This document shows, piece after piece, positions 1 through 9,890 of a DNA stretch of 50,967 bases. The stretch is taken from positions 1 to 50,967 of the forward strand of contig NYYU01000041.1 of the NCBI GenBank assembly GCA_002685955.1, written 5' to 3'. Below the pieces are notes generated by a model, which was given only the letters and a program-made list of their open reading frames with translations, did no database searches and was not told the origin of the DNA. Position 1 is the stretch's first letter. Every line of letters starts with the position of its first letter. A program made the position numbers and the translations under genes. Source of the DNA: Parcubacteria group bacterium (GTDB taxonomy: Bacteria > Patescibacteriota > Minisyncoccia > Portnoybacterales > UBA2143).

Positions 1-252
1 AAAGGTAATCCTTTTTGCCCCAAGCCCTAAATATTTCTCTGCATAGCCAGGCAAACGATGCAATCCTTTTGTCCGTAAAATCACTTCGCCATAAATAAGC
101 CCAATTAAAATACTAACTAGGCTTAAAACAAGAAAATAAAAAAGCATTACCCAAATGCCAACCCGAGCGGTGATGTAAGGCAAGCTATAAAGGCCTACCC
201 CGATAATACTTCCAACTAAAGTGGATAATGCGTAAATAAAACTTCTTTTCAT
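1..252 (-). CDS. Amino acid permease, aromatic amino acid (Trp/Tyr) permease-like; 3' end runs off the window
   Basis: Manual translation from ATG at 252 gives MKRSFIYALSTLVGSIIGVGLYSLPY...YGEVILRT...YAEKYLG; GxxIGxGxxxLP TM1 motif of APC/HAAAP permeases; not in the ORF track. Confidence 0.75.
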   Translation of the reverse strand, partial: MKRSFIYALSTLVGSIIGVGLYSLPYITARVGIWVMLFYFLVLSLVSILIGLIYGEVILRTKGLHRLPGYAEKYLGLGAKRITF

Positions 253-258
253 TGAATT

Positions 259-501
259 TTAAATAGGTAAATAGCCTTGGCCAACTAGCCAACTAGATAG
301 ATAATAGAAAATTATCCCCCAAACAACCGCAATGGCTAAAATAATTTTAGCCTCTTTTTTTAACTCTGGTTCAGTCCAAAAAGCGATTCCGATAACTAAT
401 CCAGAAAACACCGGATTAAGTAAAGCAATCACAATACCAATCCAAAGCCACTTTTTACGAGATTTTAAACTCAGCTTTTCTTGTTTTGATGAATCATCCA
501 T
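259..501 (-). CDS. Small membrane protein of unknown function
   Basis: 80-aa ORF with hydrophobic segments, in an operon with HIT/hisS. Confidence 0.7.
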   Translation of the reverse strand: MDDSSKQEKLSLKSRKKWLWIGIVIALLNPVFSGLVIGIAFWTEPELKKEAKIILAIAVVWGIIFYYLSSWLVGQGYLPI

Positions 502-832
502 CGCTTAAACCACCTCCTCCCATTAAATGTAAATGAAGATGGTCAATAATTTGACCGCCGCCTCGACCAACATTGAAAAATAAACGATAACCTTTCACAG
601 CTATGCCTTGTTTTTTAGCCAAACTTTTAGCTAAAAAAATCATTTGATTTATTAACTCTCTATCTTCTTCTTCCAAATAGTTAATCGATTCAATGTGTTT
701 TTTAGGAACAATTAAAAGATGAACTTTCGCTTGAGGATGCATATCCTTAAAAACAATTATTTGCTCATTCTCAAAAACAATATCAGTTTTTTGTTGATGA
801 TTAGCAATTTTACAAAAAATACATTCTTCCAT
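494..832 (-). CDS. HIT family nucleotide-binding protein (HinT-like)
   Basis: N-terminal CIFCKI and HLHLHL histidine triad. Confidence 0.93.
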   Translation of the reverse strand: MEECIFCKIANHQQKTDIVFENEQIIVFKDMHPQAKVHLLIVPKKHIESINYLEEEDRELINQMIFLAKSLAKKQGIAVKGYRLFFNVGRGGGQIIDHLHLHLMGGGGLSDG

Positions 833-833
833 A

Positions 834-2135
834 TTAATTATTCTTAAGTCTTTTTTTTACTTCTTTAACCACTTTAGCCAAAGGCACAACTTCCTGACTG
901 CCAGAAACCATATCTCTGATAATAATTGTTTCATCCAGCGCTTCTTTTTGTCCCAAGATTAATGCCAGCCGGGCTTGCCGCTTATTGGCTATTCTAAGCT
1001 GAGATTTGATAGTATCTCGACTAAAAGAGCTGGCTGTTTCCAATCCGGCTCGACGCAATTCTTCGAATAATCCCAATGACCTTTTTTTACTAAGCTCACC
1101 TAACTGAACTAGAAAAATAAGGGGTCGATTCTTAGAAGCAACTTTAATTTCTCTCGCCTTCATTAAATTAATCATCCTGTCCAGCCCCATGGCAAAGCCA
1201 ACCGACGGTGTATCTTTGCCGCCTAAAAGCTTAATCAAATTATCATAACGACCGCCGCCGCCCAGAGCAATCTGTCGCCCCTCTTCTTCTTCCGGCCAAA
1301 ATTCAAAAACAGTTTTAGTATAATAGTCTAATCCTCGAACTAAATATGGATTTAAAATATAGGGAATTTCTAATTCATCTAAATACTCCAAAACATTCTT
1401 AAAATGACCGTTACAATCTTCACACAAATAATCAATAGTTTGAGGCGCTTGAGCAGCTATCTGCATACATTTACTCTCCTTGCAATCCAACAACCTTAAA
1501 GGATTTTGCTGAAGACGCCTTTGGCAATCAACGCAAAGTTGTTTTTTCCTACTGCGATAAAAACTTACCACTTTTCTCCGATAAGCTGGCCGGCACCGGG
1601 AACAACCAATACTATTAATCTGAGTAATTATCTCCTTAAGACCTATTTCTTTACTAATAGAGAAAAATAGTTGGATTAACTTAGCGTCAAGGATTGGATC
1701 ATTCTCTCCAATAATCTCAAAATTAGCCTGATAAGATTGTCGATAGCGCCCCTTTTGAGCTCTTTCATAGCGAAAAATAGGACCGAGGCTGTAGAGCATT
1801 ACTGGATGCGGCAGACTAGACAAACCGTTTTCCAGATAAGCCCTCATAATGGCTGGAGTAAATTCGGGGCGTAGGGCCAATTTTTCGCCACCCTTAGTTC
1901 TTAAGGTATACATTTCTTTTTCAACAATATCAGTATAAGCGCCTATTCCCTTTACAAATAAGTCCTTATCTTCAAGAATAGGCGTATCTATCCGCTTGAA
2001 TCCATAAGTTCTGGTCAAGTTTCTAATTACTTTCCTAATCTTTTCCCAATAGGCCTGGTCTTCAGGTAAAATATCCCGCATTCCCTTAGCGGTTTGAAAT
2101 GACCTTTTAATTTTGGGCTGTGATTTAGTAGGCAT
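834..2135 (-). CDS. hisS: Histidine--tRNA ligase
   Basis: KGMRD, LRPEFT, FRYERAQKGRYRQ, RGLDYY and GGGRYD motifs. Confidence 0.97.
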   Translation of the reverse strand: MPTKSQPKIKRSFQTAKGMRDILPEDQAYWEKIRKVIRNLTRTYGFKRIDTPILEDKDLFVKGIGAYTDIVEKEMYTLRTKGGEKLALRPEFTPAIMRAYLENGLSSLPHPVMLYSLGPIFRYERAQKGRYRQSYQANFEIIGENDPILDAKLIQLFFSISKEIGLKEIITQINSIGCSRCRPAYRRKVVSFYRSRKKQLCVDCQRRLQQNPLRLLDCKESKCMQIAAQAPQTIDYLCEDCNGHFKNVLEYLDELEIPYILNPYLVRGLDYYTKTVFEFWPEEEEGRQIALGGGGRYDNLIKLLGGKDTPSVGFAMGLDRMINLMKAREIKVASKNRPLIFLVQLGELSKKRSLGLFEELRRAGLETASSFSRDTIKSQLRIANKRQARLALILGQKEALDETIIIRDMVSGSQEVVPLAKVVKEVKKRLKNN

Positions 2136-2139
2136 AGAT

Positions 2140-2676
2140 TTAATATACTGCTGCTACATCAAAAGGCCAGGCTCGCAACCATACTCGACCGATAATATTC
2201 CCCTCTGAAAGAGGACCCCATTGACGAGAATCAGAACTAGCCTGACGATTATCTCCTAAAACAAAATATTCTCCTTGAGTTAGTTCAATCTTAATTATCC
2301 CCCGAGTAGAAATATCTTGAGGCAAATAAGAAGATTCATCTAAAATCATTCCTTGAGGAAATTCCTCATTATAAATAATTACTTGTCCACCCTTAACCTC
2401 TACTGTTTCATTAGGCAAACCAACAATTCTTTTAATATAGTACTGAGATGTATCTAGGGGATATTTGAAAACAATTGTTTCTCCTCTTGCTGGTTGATTA
2501 AAACGATAGCTGATTTCATCAATGACTAAATATTGGCCACTGTTAAAATTCGGCTCCATAGAAGCGCCTCTTACAAAAAATGGCTGAATTAAATAATAGC
2601 GGATGGGAATAATAATAGCTAAAGAAATAACTACTATCTTAGTTATTTCCCAAATAAAAACGATAAGTTTTCTCAT
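2140..2676 (-). CDS. lepB: Signal peptidase I
   Basis: GASMEP (catalytic Ser), YIKRIVGLP (Lys), GDNRQASSDSR. Confidence 0.96.
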   Translation of the reverse strand: MRKLIVFIWEITKIVVISLAIIIPIRYYLIQPFFVRGASMEPNFNSGQYLVIDEISYRFNQPARGETIVFKYPLDTSQYYIKRIVGLPNETVEVKGGQVIIYNEEFPQGMILDESSYLPQDISTRGIIKIELTQGEYFVLGDNRQASSDSRQWGPLSEGNIIGRVWLRAWPFDVAAVY

Positions 2677-2731
2677 ACCATAATACTAACTAATTTCTCA
2701 AAAAAAATCAAATCTGTTATAATTATAGATA

Positions 2732-3841
2732 ATGACTCAAGATCAACAAATCAATCACCTAGTCAAAAAAGGGCTATTTGACTATCAATTAAAAAAGCAA
2801 AAGCAAAAAAAAGAGCTTATTAAATCATTAAAAATCACTGGTTTAAGCTTATTGGTCCTAGCCGGCCTTTTCCTATTTGTCCAATTATTAATCCCGGCCA
2901 GCTCTATGGAGATATCTTCAGACCCAACCCAACCCAAGAAAAAAAACATTATCAAGTCAATTCTTCCTCTTGATTTAAATAGTATAAAGAATAGTCTGGA
3001 TCAAATTAATATTCTAGCTTTAGGCAGACCCGGCCAAGGTTATTCCGGTCAAGATTTAACCGACACTATTATCCTAATTCATTTAGAGCCGAGCGGAGAA
3101 TCCGCCAAAGGCGGACCCGCCTCTGGCGGGAAAGCGGTTCTAATTTCTTTACCGCGCGATTTGCTGGTTAAAACCCCTGGTTCTGGTCGTCTGACTAAGA
3201 TTAACTCTCTCTATCATCTAGTTGGCATGGATGGCCTTAAGAAAAAAGTAGAAGAAATTACTGGCTTGCCAATAGATCATCATGTTTTAATTGACTTAGT
3301 GGTTGCTCAAGAAATCATTAAACTAGTTGATGGCCTTAATGTTTTTGTCCCTCAAGATATCCATGACCCTTATTTTCCCGGACCCAATTATTCCTATCAA
3401 ACTTTTAATCTGGTCACTGGCTGGCGTTATTTAGATGGAGAACAAGCCCTGAGATACATCCGCACTCGCTACACCTCGCCTAATGGCGACTTTGACCGTA
3501 TGGCCCGCCAACAACAAGTTATCCAGCTTCTTAAACAAAAAGTCTTAACGCTTAACCCTCTTTGGGACTTACCCACTTATTTAAAAATCTTTCATACTCT
3601 TAGAAGCAATATTGAAACTAATTTAAGTCTATTAGAGATAAGAAGGCTTTATCAAATAAGCCGGGAATTAAAAATTGATCAAATAAATAGTCTGGTTATT
3701 GATAAAAAAGAAACCGGCTTATTAACCGGCGGCATGGTGAATTTTGGCCAACAAAAAGCTTCCGTAGTCTATCCTAAAGCAGGCCAAGAAAATTATAATG
3801 AAATACAAAAATATATTAAAGACATAATTAGCAATAGATAA
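2732..3841 (+). CDS. LCP (LytR-CpsA-Psr) family protein
   Basis: N-terminal TM; LTDTIIL, SLPRDL, KINS, ALRYIRTR and DFDRMARQQQV motifs. Confidence 0.92.
   Translation: MTQDQQINHLVKKGLFDYQLKKQKQKKELIKSLKITGLSLLVLAGLFLFVQLLIPASSMEISSDPTQPKKKNIIKSILPLDLNSIKNSLDQINILALGRPGQGYSGQDLTDTIILIHLEPSGESAKGGPASGGKAVLISLPRDLLVKTPGSGRLTKINSLYHLVGMDGLKKKVEEITGLPIDHHVLIDLVVAQEIIKLVDGLNVFVPQDIHDPYFPGPNYSYQTFNLVTGWRYLDGEQALRYIRTRYTSPNGDFDRMARQQQVIQLLKQKVLTLNPLWDLPTYLKIFHTLRSNIETNLSLLEIRRLYQISRELKIDQINSLVIDKKETGLLTGGMVNFGQQKASVVYPKAGQENYNEIQKYIKDIISNR
3101..3130. repeat. Tandem pair of 15-bp GC-rich palindromes in frame in the LCP gene (encodes SAKGGPASGG)
   Basis: tccgcc-aaa-ggcgga directly followed by cccgcc-tct-ggcggg. 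Confidence 0.8.
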
Positions 3842-3860
3842 CAAAAACGAACACTCTAAA

Positions 3861-4047
3861 CTTTACGCTCCGAAAACTAAATTTTTGAAATCGCTTAGCC
3901 CTCCTCTCGCTCCGCTCGAGCAGCGCGCCCACGCCTACGATTCCAAAAACTTGTTTTCTTCGCGTAAGTATAGCGATCACTTTGAATTTTCCGAGACGCA
4001 TCGGAGCCCTTTAGGGTAAAGCGCGAGGAAAATTTAAAGTGAGAGCG
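3861..4047. other. GC-enriched intergenic element with two long stem-loops
   Basis: Inverted arms 3872-3893/3938-3958 and 3977-3992/4027-4042. Confidence 0.6.
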
Positions 4048-4058
4048 AAAACAACAAC

Positions 4059-4601
4059 ATGAAATTAATTGTCGGTCTGGGTAATCCAGGAACAAAATAT
4101 CAAAAAACTAGACATAATCTAGGATTTTTGATAATAGATGAAATCGCTGTTAATTTTCAGTTTTCAATCAATTTTCAATCAATTTTCAATGCTAAAATTT
4201 CTAAAAAAATAATTAAAAATCAAAAAATCATTTTGGCTAAACCGCAAACCCTGATGAACAACTCCGGTCAAGCAGTCCAAAAGATGGTCAAATATTACAA
4301 AATCCCGATTGAGGATATTATAATCATTCACGATGAGATTGATTTACTTCTGGGAGAGATTAAGATCCAAAAAGGCCGGGGAGCGGCCGGACACAATGGC
4401 GTCCAATCAATCATAGACCAATTAGGCGCTAAGGACTTTGTTAGAATGAGAATTGGCATTAAACCAATAGATGGCCCTAAAGAAAGAATAATAAATACTG
4501 AAAAATTTGTTTTGAAAAATTTTACATCGGAGGAAAAAGATATTATTGAACAAATAATAGAGAAAGCTGCCCAAATAATTATAACCGCCTTAAATGAATA
4601 A
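4059..4601 (+). CDS. pth: Peptidyl-tRNA hydrolase
   Basis: LIVGLGNPG, TRHNLG, KPQTLMNNSG, HDEID and GHNG motifs. Confidence 0.97.
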   Translation: MKLIVGLGNPGTKYQKTRHNLGFLIIDEIAVNFQFSINFQSIFNAKISKKIIKNQKIILAKPQTLMNNSGQAVQKMVKYYKIPIEDIIIIHDEIDLLLGEIKIQKGRGAAGHNGVQSIIDQLGAKDFVRMRIGIKPIDGPKERIINTEKFVLKNFTSEEKDIIEQIIEKAAQIIITALNE

Positions 4602-5487
4602 ATTCATTAATCCTCAATCTAAATATTTTAACGCTTTTAATTTAATTGGTTTAATCGGCCCAATTGGCTTTAAAAAACTGCTGGCTCATTTTAAGTCTTT
4701 AGAAAATGCTTGGTCAGCTGGAATAAATGAATTTAGCCAAGCTGGTTTAAACAAATCCACTATTGAGCAGATTAGAAAACAACGGCCTCAAATTAATCCT
4801 GATTGGGAAATGGAAAAGCTAGCTAAACACCAGATTAATTTAATCACCATCCAAGATAAAAATTACCCTAAATTACTTAAAGAAATTTATGCTCCACCGG
4901 CTGTCTTATATATCCGAGGCGCTCTTCAAAAAATTGACCAACCAAGCCTAAGTATTGTTGGAACCAGAAGACTTTCCAGCTATGGTCGCCAGATCACTCC
5001 TTTAATTACAACTGATTTAGTCAAAGCCGGATTAGTTATTATCAGCGGCCTGGCTAAAGGCATTGATGCTTTAGCCCATCAGGCTGCTCTTAAAGCTAAA
5101 GGACAAACTATCGCCGTCTTGGGCTCGGGCGTAGATAAATCTAGTATTTATCCTGCTGTTAATAAAAGTTTAGCTGAGCAGATTAGCCAAAACGGAGCGT
5201 TAATCAGCGAATTTCCTATGGGCACGGCTCCTTTGGCTCAAAACTTCCCTCAACGCAACCGAATTGTCGCTGGCTTAAGTCCAGGCATTCTGGTTATTGA
5301 AGCGCCAGTCAGAAGCGGCGCTTTAATTACTGCCAAGGACGCTTTAGAGCAAAATAGAGAGATTTTTGCTATTCCTGGGCACATTCTTTCTCAAAATTCA
5401 ATTGGCCCTAATAATCTTATCAAAATGGGGGCTAAATTGGTTAGCCAAGCTAATGACATCCTCCAAGAACTTAACTTAAATATATGA
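4594..5487 (+). CDS. dprA: DNA-processing protein DprA
   Basis: IVGTRR, SGLAKGID, FPQRNRIVAGL and SGALITA motifs; upstream of topA. Confidence 0.96.
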   Translation: MNKFINPQSKYFNAFNLIGLIGPIGFKKLLAHFKSLENAWSAGINEFSQAGLNKSTIEQIRKQRPQINPDWEMEKLAKHQINLITIQDKNYPKLLKEIYAPPAVLYIRGALQKIDQPSLSIVGTRRLSSYGRQITPLITTDLVKAGLVIISGLAKGIDALAHQAALKAKGQTIAVLGSGVDKSSIYPAVNKSLAEQISQNGALISEFPMGTAPLAQNFPQRNRIVAGLSPGILVIEAPVRSGALITAKDALEQNREIFAIPGHILSQNSIGPNNLIKMGAKLVSQANDILQELNLNI

Positions 5488-7541
5488 ATCTAATTATTGT
5501 TGAATCACCTACTAAATCAAAAACAATCTCAAAATTCCTAGACAAAGAATACAAAGTCTTATCCTCTTATGGCCATGTTCGAGATCTTCCTAAAAATCAA
5601 CTAGGAGTTGATCTTGATGATAATTTTAAACCTAAATACGTCATCCCGACTAAAGCCAGAAAAGCAGTTAAAGAATTAAAGGATGCGGCAAAAAAAGCTA
5701 AGTTGATCATTTTAGGCACTGACTCAGATAGAGAGGGAGAAGCAATTGCTTGGCATATTGCCCAAATTTTAAAATTAGATAAAGAAAATTCTCAACGAAT
5801 TGTTTTCCATGAAATAACAAAAAGCGCAATTGAACAAGCTTTAAAAAATCCGCGTCAGCTTGATACAAACTTGATTAATGCTCAACAAGCTCGACGCATT
5901 TTAGACAGACTGGTTGGTTACAAATTATCACCATTTCTATGGAAAAAAGTAGTCAAAGGATTATCAGCTGGTCGGGTTCAATCAGTAACGGTCAAATTAA
6001 TTGTTGACCGAGAAAGAGAAATAGAAAAATTTAAACCAGAAGAATACTGGACAATCGTCGCTTCGCTCTTCAAGAAACAAGAGTTTGATGCTAAATTGAT
6101 AAAAATAGATAACAAAAGGTTATCTAAGTTGGACATTAAAACCAAACAAGAAGCAGATAAGATCTTAACAGATTTAAAACAGGCCCAATACAAAATTTCT
6201 GATATCAAAAAAAAAGAAGTTCAAAAATATCCCAGTCCGCCCTTCACCACCAGCACCCTGCAACAAGATGCAGCCCGCAAGCTTTACTTTTCAGCTAAAC
6301 AAACCATGGTTATTGCCCAGCAGCTTTATGAAGCCGGCCTTATCACTTACCACCGGACTGATTCCTTAAATTTATCTGATCAGGCCCTAATCGCTTTGCA
6401 TCAATTTATTAAAAGCAAATTCGGCTCCGAATATAATTTGACTCAGCCAAGAATCTACAAAACAAAAAGCAAAGGGGCTCAAGAAGCTCATGAGACAATT
6501 CGACCCACTCAAATTGATGCTCAACCGGATCAGATTAAGCAACGTTTAGATCAAAGACAACGCAAATTGTATGATTTAATCTGGCGCCGGGCGATTGCCT
6601 GCCAAATGGCCCCAGCCCGCTTTGATTCCACTAGTCTTGAAATTGAAGCGAATACTTGTATTTTTAAAGCAACTGGTCAGATTCTAAAATTTGACGGCTT
6701 TTTAAAAATTTACCCAACCAAATTTCAAGAAGTCGAACTGCCTTTACTAACTAAAGGAGAAGTATTAAAATTAATCAAACTATTTTCCGAACAACATTTC
6801 ACCAAACCGCCCGCCCGCTACACTGAAGCCTCTTTAGTCAAAACTTTAGAAGAATATGGCATTGGCCGACCCTCAACTTACGCGCCGATTATCAGCACCA
6901 TTCAAGAACGCGGCTATACAGAAAAAAATGACCAAAAAAGATTTATACCCACTGAAATCGGCTTTATTGTTACTGATTTGCTTAAAGAAAACTTCCCTAA
7001 AATTGTTGATATTAAATTCACTGCTTACTTAGAAAAAGACTTAGATAAAATCGCCCAGGGCCGACAGAACTGGCTAGCGATCCTTAAAGAGTTTTATCAA
7101 CCCTTTCAGGAAAACCTTGATAAGAAATATGAGGAAGTAAAAAAGAAAAATCTTGACCAGCCAACTGACAAAAAATGTCCCAAATGCGGCAGCCCCATGG
7201 TCATTAAATTGGGACGCTTTGGTAAATTCTATGCTTGCTCTGCCTTCCCTGACTGTAGACACACTGAACCAATTATTAACTCCACTGGGACAACTTGCCC
7301 AGAATGCAATCAAGGACAAATAGCCAAAAGGAGAACAAAAAAGGGCAAAATATTCTACTCTTGCTCTCGATATCCTAAATGCAAATATGCCCTATGGGAC
7401 GAACCAATTAACGAAAAATGTCCTGAGTGTAATTCTATTCTAGTTAAAAAGGGCAACCAAATTAAATGCAGCAACAAAGAATGTAATTACAAACAATCAC
7501 ATGGAAATAAAAGAGTTTCTGGAAAAATTAAAAAAGATTAA
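5484..7541 (+). CDS. topA: DNA topoisomerase I
   Basis: IVESPTK, DSDREGE, SAGRVQS, ITYHRTDS; C-terminal C4 zinc ribbons. Confidence 0.97.
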   Translation: MNLIIVESPTKSKTISKFLDKEYKVLSSYGHVRDLPKNQLGVDLDDNFKPKYVIPTKARKAVKELKDAAKKAKLIILGTDSDREGEAIAWHIAQILKLDKENSQRIVFHEITKSAIEQALKNPRQLDTNLINAQQARRILDRLVGYKLSPFLWKKVVKGLSAGRVQSVTVKLIVDREREIEKFKPEEYWTIVASLFKKQEFDAKLIKIDNKRLSKLDIKTKQEADKILTDLKQAQYKISDIKKKEVQKYPSPPFTTSTLQQDAARKLYFSAKQTMVIAQQLYEAGLITYHRTDSLNLSDQALIALHQFIKSKFGSEYNLTQPRIYKTKSKGAQEAHETIRPTQIDAQPDQIKQRLDQRQRKLYDLIWRRAIACQMAPARFDSTSLEIEANTCIFKATGQILKFDGFLKIYPTKFQEVELPLLTKGEVLKLIKLFSEQHFTKPPARYTEASLVKTLEEYGIGRPSTYAPIISTIQERGYTEKNDQKRFIPTEIGFIVTDLLKENFPKIVDIKFTAYLEKDLDKIAQGRQNWLAILKEFYQPFQENLDKKYEEVKKKNLDQPTDKKCPKCGSPMVIKLGRFGKFYACSAFPDCRHTEPIINSTGTTCPECNQGQIAKRRTKKGKIFYSCSRYPKCKYALWDEPINEKCPECNSILVKKGNQIKCSNKECNYKQSHGNKRVSGKIKKD

Positions 7542-8976
7542 TCCAAGTTTGGACTTTGATCTTATTAAAAAGGCTTATATTTTTGCTCAAGAAAGATATC
7601 AAGGACTAATGCGTCTTTCCGGCCAAAGCTACCTTGATCATTGTCTGGAAATCGCTTTAGATCTAGCCAGAATGAAACTAGATTCAGCCAGTATCGCTAC
7701 GGCTATCCTCCACGAAATACTAGAAAGAGCTAATGTAAAAAAAGAAGAGTTTAAAAAAAACTTTGGTCAGGAAATTACCTTCTTGGTTGAAGGAGTAACC
7801 AACATTGGTAAAATAGAACATCGACAAACCGAACGCAGTTCAGAAAACCTGCGCAAACTATTTTTAGCCATGGCTCAAGACATTAGGGTTATCTTAATTA
7901 AATTAGTCAATCGTCTCCACGGGCTAAGAACTCTTTATGTCTTCCCCGAAGAAAAACAAAAAAGAATTGCTTTAGAAACTCTAGAAATTTATGCCCCTTT
8001 AGCTAATCGACTGGGCATTGGTGAAATTAAAGGACAAATAGAAGACTTAGCTTTTTCTTATGCCTACCCCAAGGAATATAATAATATTGTTAAACAGGTT
8101 AAGGACAAATATATCCAAGGAGAAAGAGATATTAAAAAGGTAATTCCTTTAGTTAAGAAAATCTTAACTAAAAAAAATATCCGGATAATTGAAATTCATG
8201 CCCGGACTAAACACTACTACAGTTTGTATAGGAAACTTCTCCGTTTTGATATGGATTGGCATAAAATTTATGACTTAGTCGCTTTACGGATTATTGTCCC
8301 GGATATTGAAAGCTGTTATGCTGCCTTAGGAGCAATCCATAAAAAATGGAAGCCTTTAATTGGCTGTATTAAAGACTATATCGCTATTCCTAAGCCCAAT
8401 GGTTATCAATCACTGCATACCACCGTATTTTGCCAAGAAGGCAAGATTGTTGAATTCCAAATTCGCACTCCAGAGATACATGAAGAAGCTGAACGAGGCA
8501 TTGCGGCTCATTGGTATTATAGCGAACACAAAGGCCTTAAAGTGTATATTAAGGAAAAAATACTAAGACAAAAACCAGCCAAAGAAAAAGAATTCAAAAA
8601 AGAACTTAATTGGGTTAAACAACTTCAAGAATGGCAAAAAGAGGAATTTTCATCCTCTAAAGAATTTGTTGACTCTTTAAAGATTGATTTTTTAAAAAAA
8701 CGCATATTTGTTTTTACTCCTAAAGGCGATATAATTGATTTGCCCGAAGGAGCAACGCCGATTGATTTCGCCTACCAAATTCACACTGACGTCGGACACC
8801 AATGCAGCGGCGCTAAGATTGACGGCAAACTTTGTTCTTTATCAGTATCATTACAAAATGGTCAAATGGTTGAAATTATGACCCAAAAAAACAAAAAGCC
8901 AAATAGAGATTGGCTTAAATTTGTTAAAACTAACCAAGCTAAATCAAGAATTAAAGCTTGGCATAAGAAAAATTAA
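7501..8976 (+). CDS. RelA/SpoT homologue (HD-synthetase-TGS), C-terminally short
   Basis: YAPLANRLG, KDYIAIPKPNGYQSLHT, EFQIRT, FVFTPKG and DFAYQIHT motifs. Confidence 0.92.
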   Translation: MEIKEFLEKLKKINPSLDFDLIKKAYIFAQERYQGLMRLSGQSYLDHCLEIALDLARMKLDSASIATAILHEILERANVKKEEFKKNFGQEITFLVEGVTNIGKIEHRQTERSSENLRKLFLAMAQDIRVILIKLVNRLHGLRTLYVFPEEKQKRIALETLEIYAPLANRLGIGEIKGQIEDLAFSYAYPKEYNNIVKQVKDKYIQGERDIKKVIPLVKKILTKKNIRIIEIHARTKHYYSLYRKLLRFDMDWHKIYDLVALRIIVPDIESCYAALGAIHKKWKPLIGCIKDYIAIPKPNGYQSLHTTVFCQEGKIVEFQIRTPEIHEEAERGIAAHWYYSEHKGLKVYIKEKILRQKPAKEKEFKKELNWVKQLQEWQKEEFSSSKEFVDSLKIDFLKKRIFVFTPKGDIIDLPEGATPIDFAYQIHTDVGHQCSGAKIDGKLCSLSVSLQNGQMVEIMTQKNKKPNRDWLKFVKTNQAKSRIKAWHKKN

Positions 8977-9890
8977 ATTTTCATCAAATATGCGGTAAGT
9001 TTCTCTAATTCTTTTTGATCAGCAAATTCGATATTAATATAATTAGTATCACCTCTTTTAAGAATGCTTACTCGCCGACCCAAGACCTTTCCCAGGTCTT
9101 TTTCTATTTTCTTCAAAAACGGGTTTTTGGGTCCATGAGAATACGCCTTGTTTTCTATAGCTACCTTTCTGGCTCTTTCTTCGGCCTGACGGATACTCAA
9201 ATTGTTCTTAATAATTGCTCGAAAAAGAGCGTCTTGAGCAGACGGCCTTGCCATTAAGACAGCCCTACCATGCCCTTCACTGATTTTACCAACCATCATT
9301 GCTTTTTGTACTTTAGCTGGCAAAGTCAAAAGTCGTATCATATTAGTTATCGTCGTTCGGCTTTTGCCTACTTTTTGACCAATTTTTTTATGAGTCAATT
9401 TAAAATTATCTTGAAGCTGTTTAAAAGCTATAGCAGTTTCCATAGGATTAAGATTTTCTCGTTGAATATTTTCAACCAAAGCTAATTCTAATTTTTCATT
9501 AGCTGAACTATCTCGAATAATTACTGGTACATGCGGCAACCCAGCCATCCGAGAGGCTCGCCATCTTCTCTCGCCAGCCACTAATTCATATTCAACATCC
9601 TGGCCTCTTTCAGTTGATTTTTCAACCTTAGTAACAATTAATGGTTGAAGAATACCATGTTCTTTGATTGACTCAGATAATTCTTTTAATCCTTTGTCAG
9701 GCAAATCACGACGAGGCTGATCAGGGTTAGGTCTAATTTTATCAATCTCTATATTAAAAATACTTTCCTTTTTTGGTTTGCCCCAACTGGATGTTTGCGA
9801 TTGACGTTTTATCAAACTTTCTATTTTAGATTCCTTCTTAGGAATTAAAGATTGAAGCCCTTTACCTAAAGATGTTTTCATATTTTTCAT
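8973..9890 (-). CDS. parB: ParB/Spo0J partitioning protein
   Basis: LGKGL, NPDQPR, AGERRWRA and ENIQRENL motifs. Confidence 0.95.
   Translation of the reverse strand: MKNMKTSLGKGLQSLIPKKESKIESLIKRQSQTSSWGKPKKESIFNIEIDKIRPNPDQPRRDLPDKGLKELSESIKEHGILQPLIVTKVEKSTERGQDVEYELVAGERRWRASRMAGLPHVPVIIRDSSANEKLELALVENIQRENLNPMETAIAFKQLQDNFKLTHKKIGQKVGKSRTTITNMIRLLTLPAKVQKAMMVGKISEGHGRAVLMARPSAQDALFRAIIKNNLSIRQAEERARKVAIENKAYSHGPKNPFLKKIEKDLGKVLGRRVSILKRGDTNYINIEFADQKELEKLTAYLMKI

Noticed and set aside
3895-4095. 66-aa minus-strand ORF
   Set aside because: It overlaps the pth start and the structured intergenic element and has no protein-like motifs.
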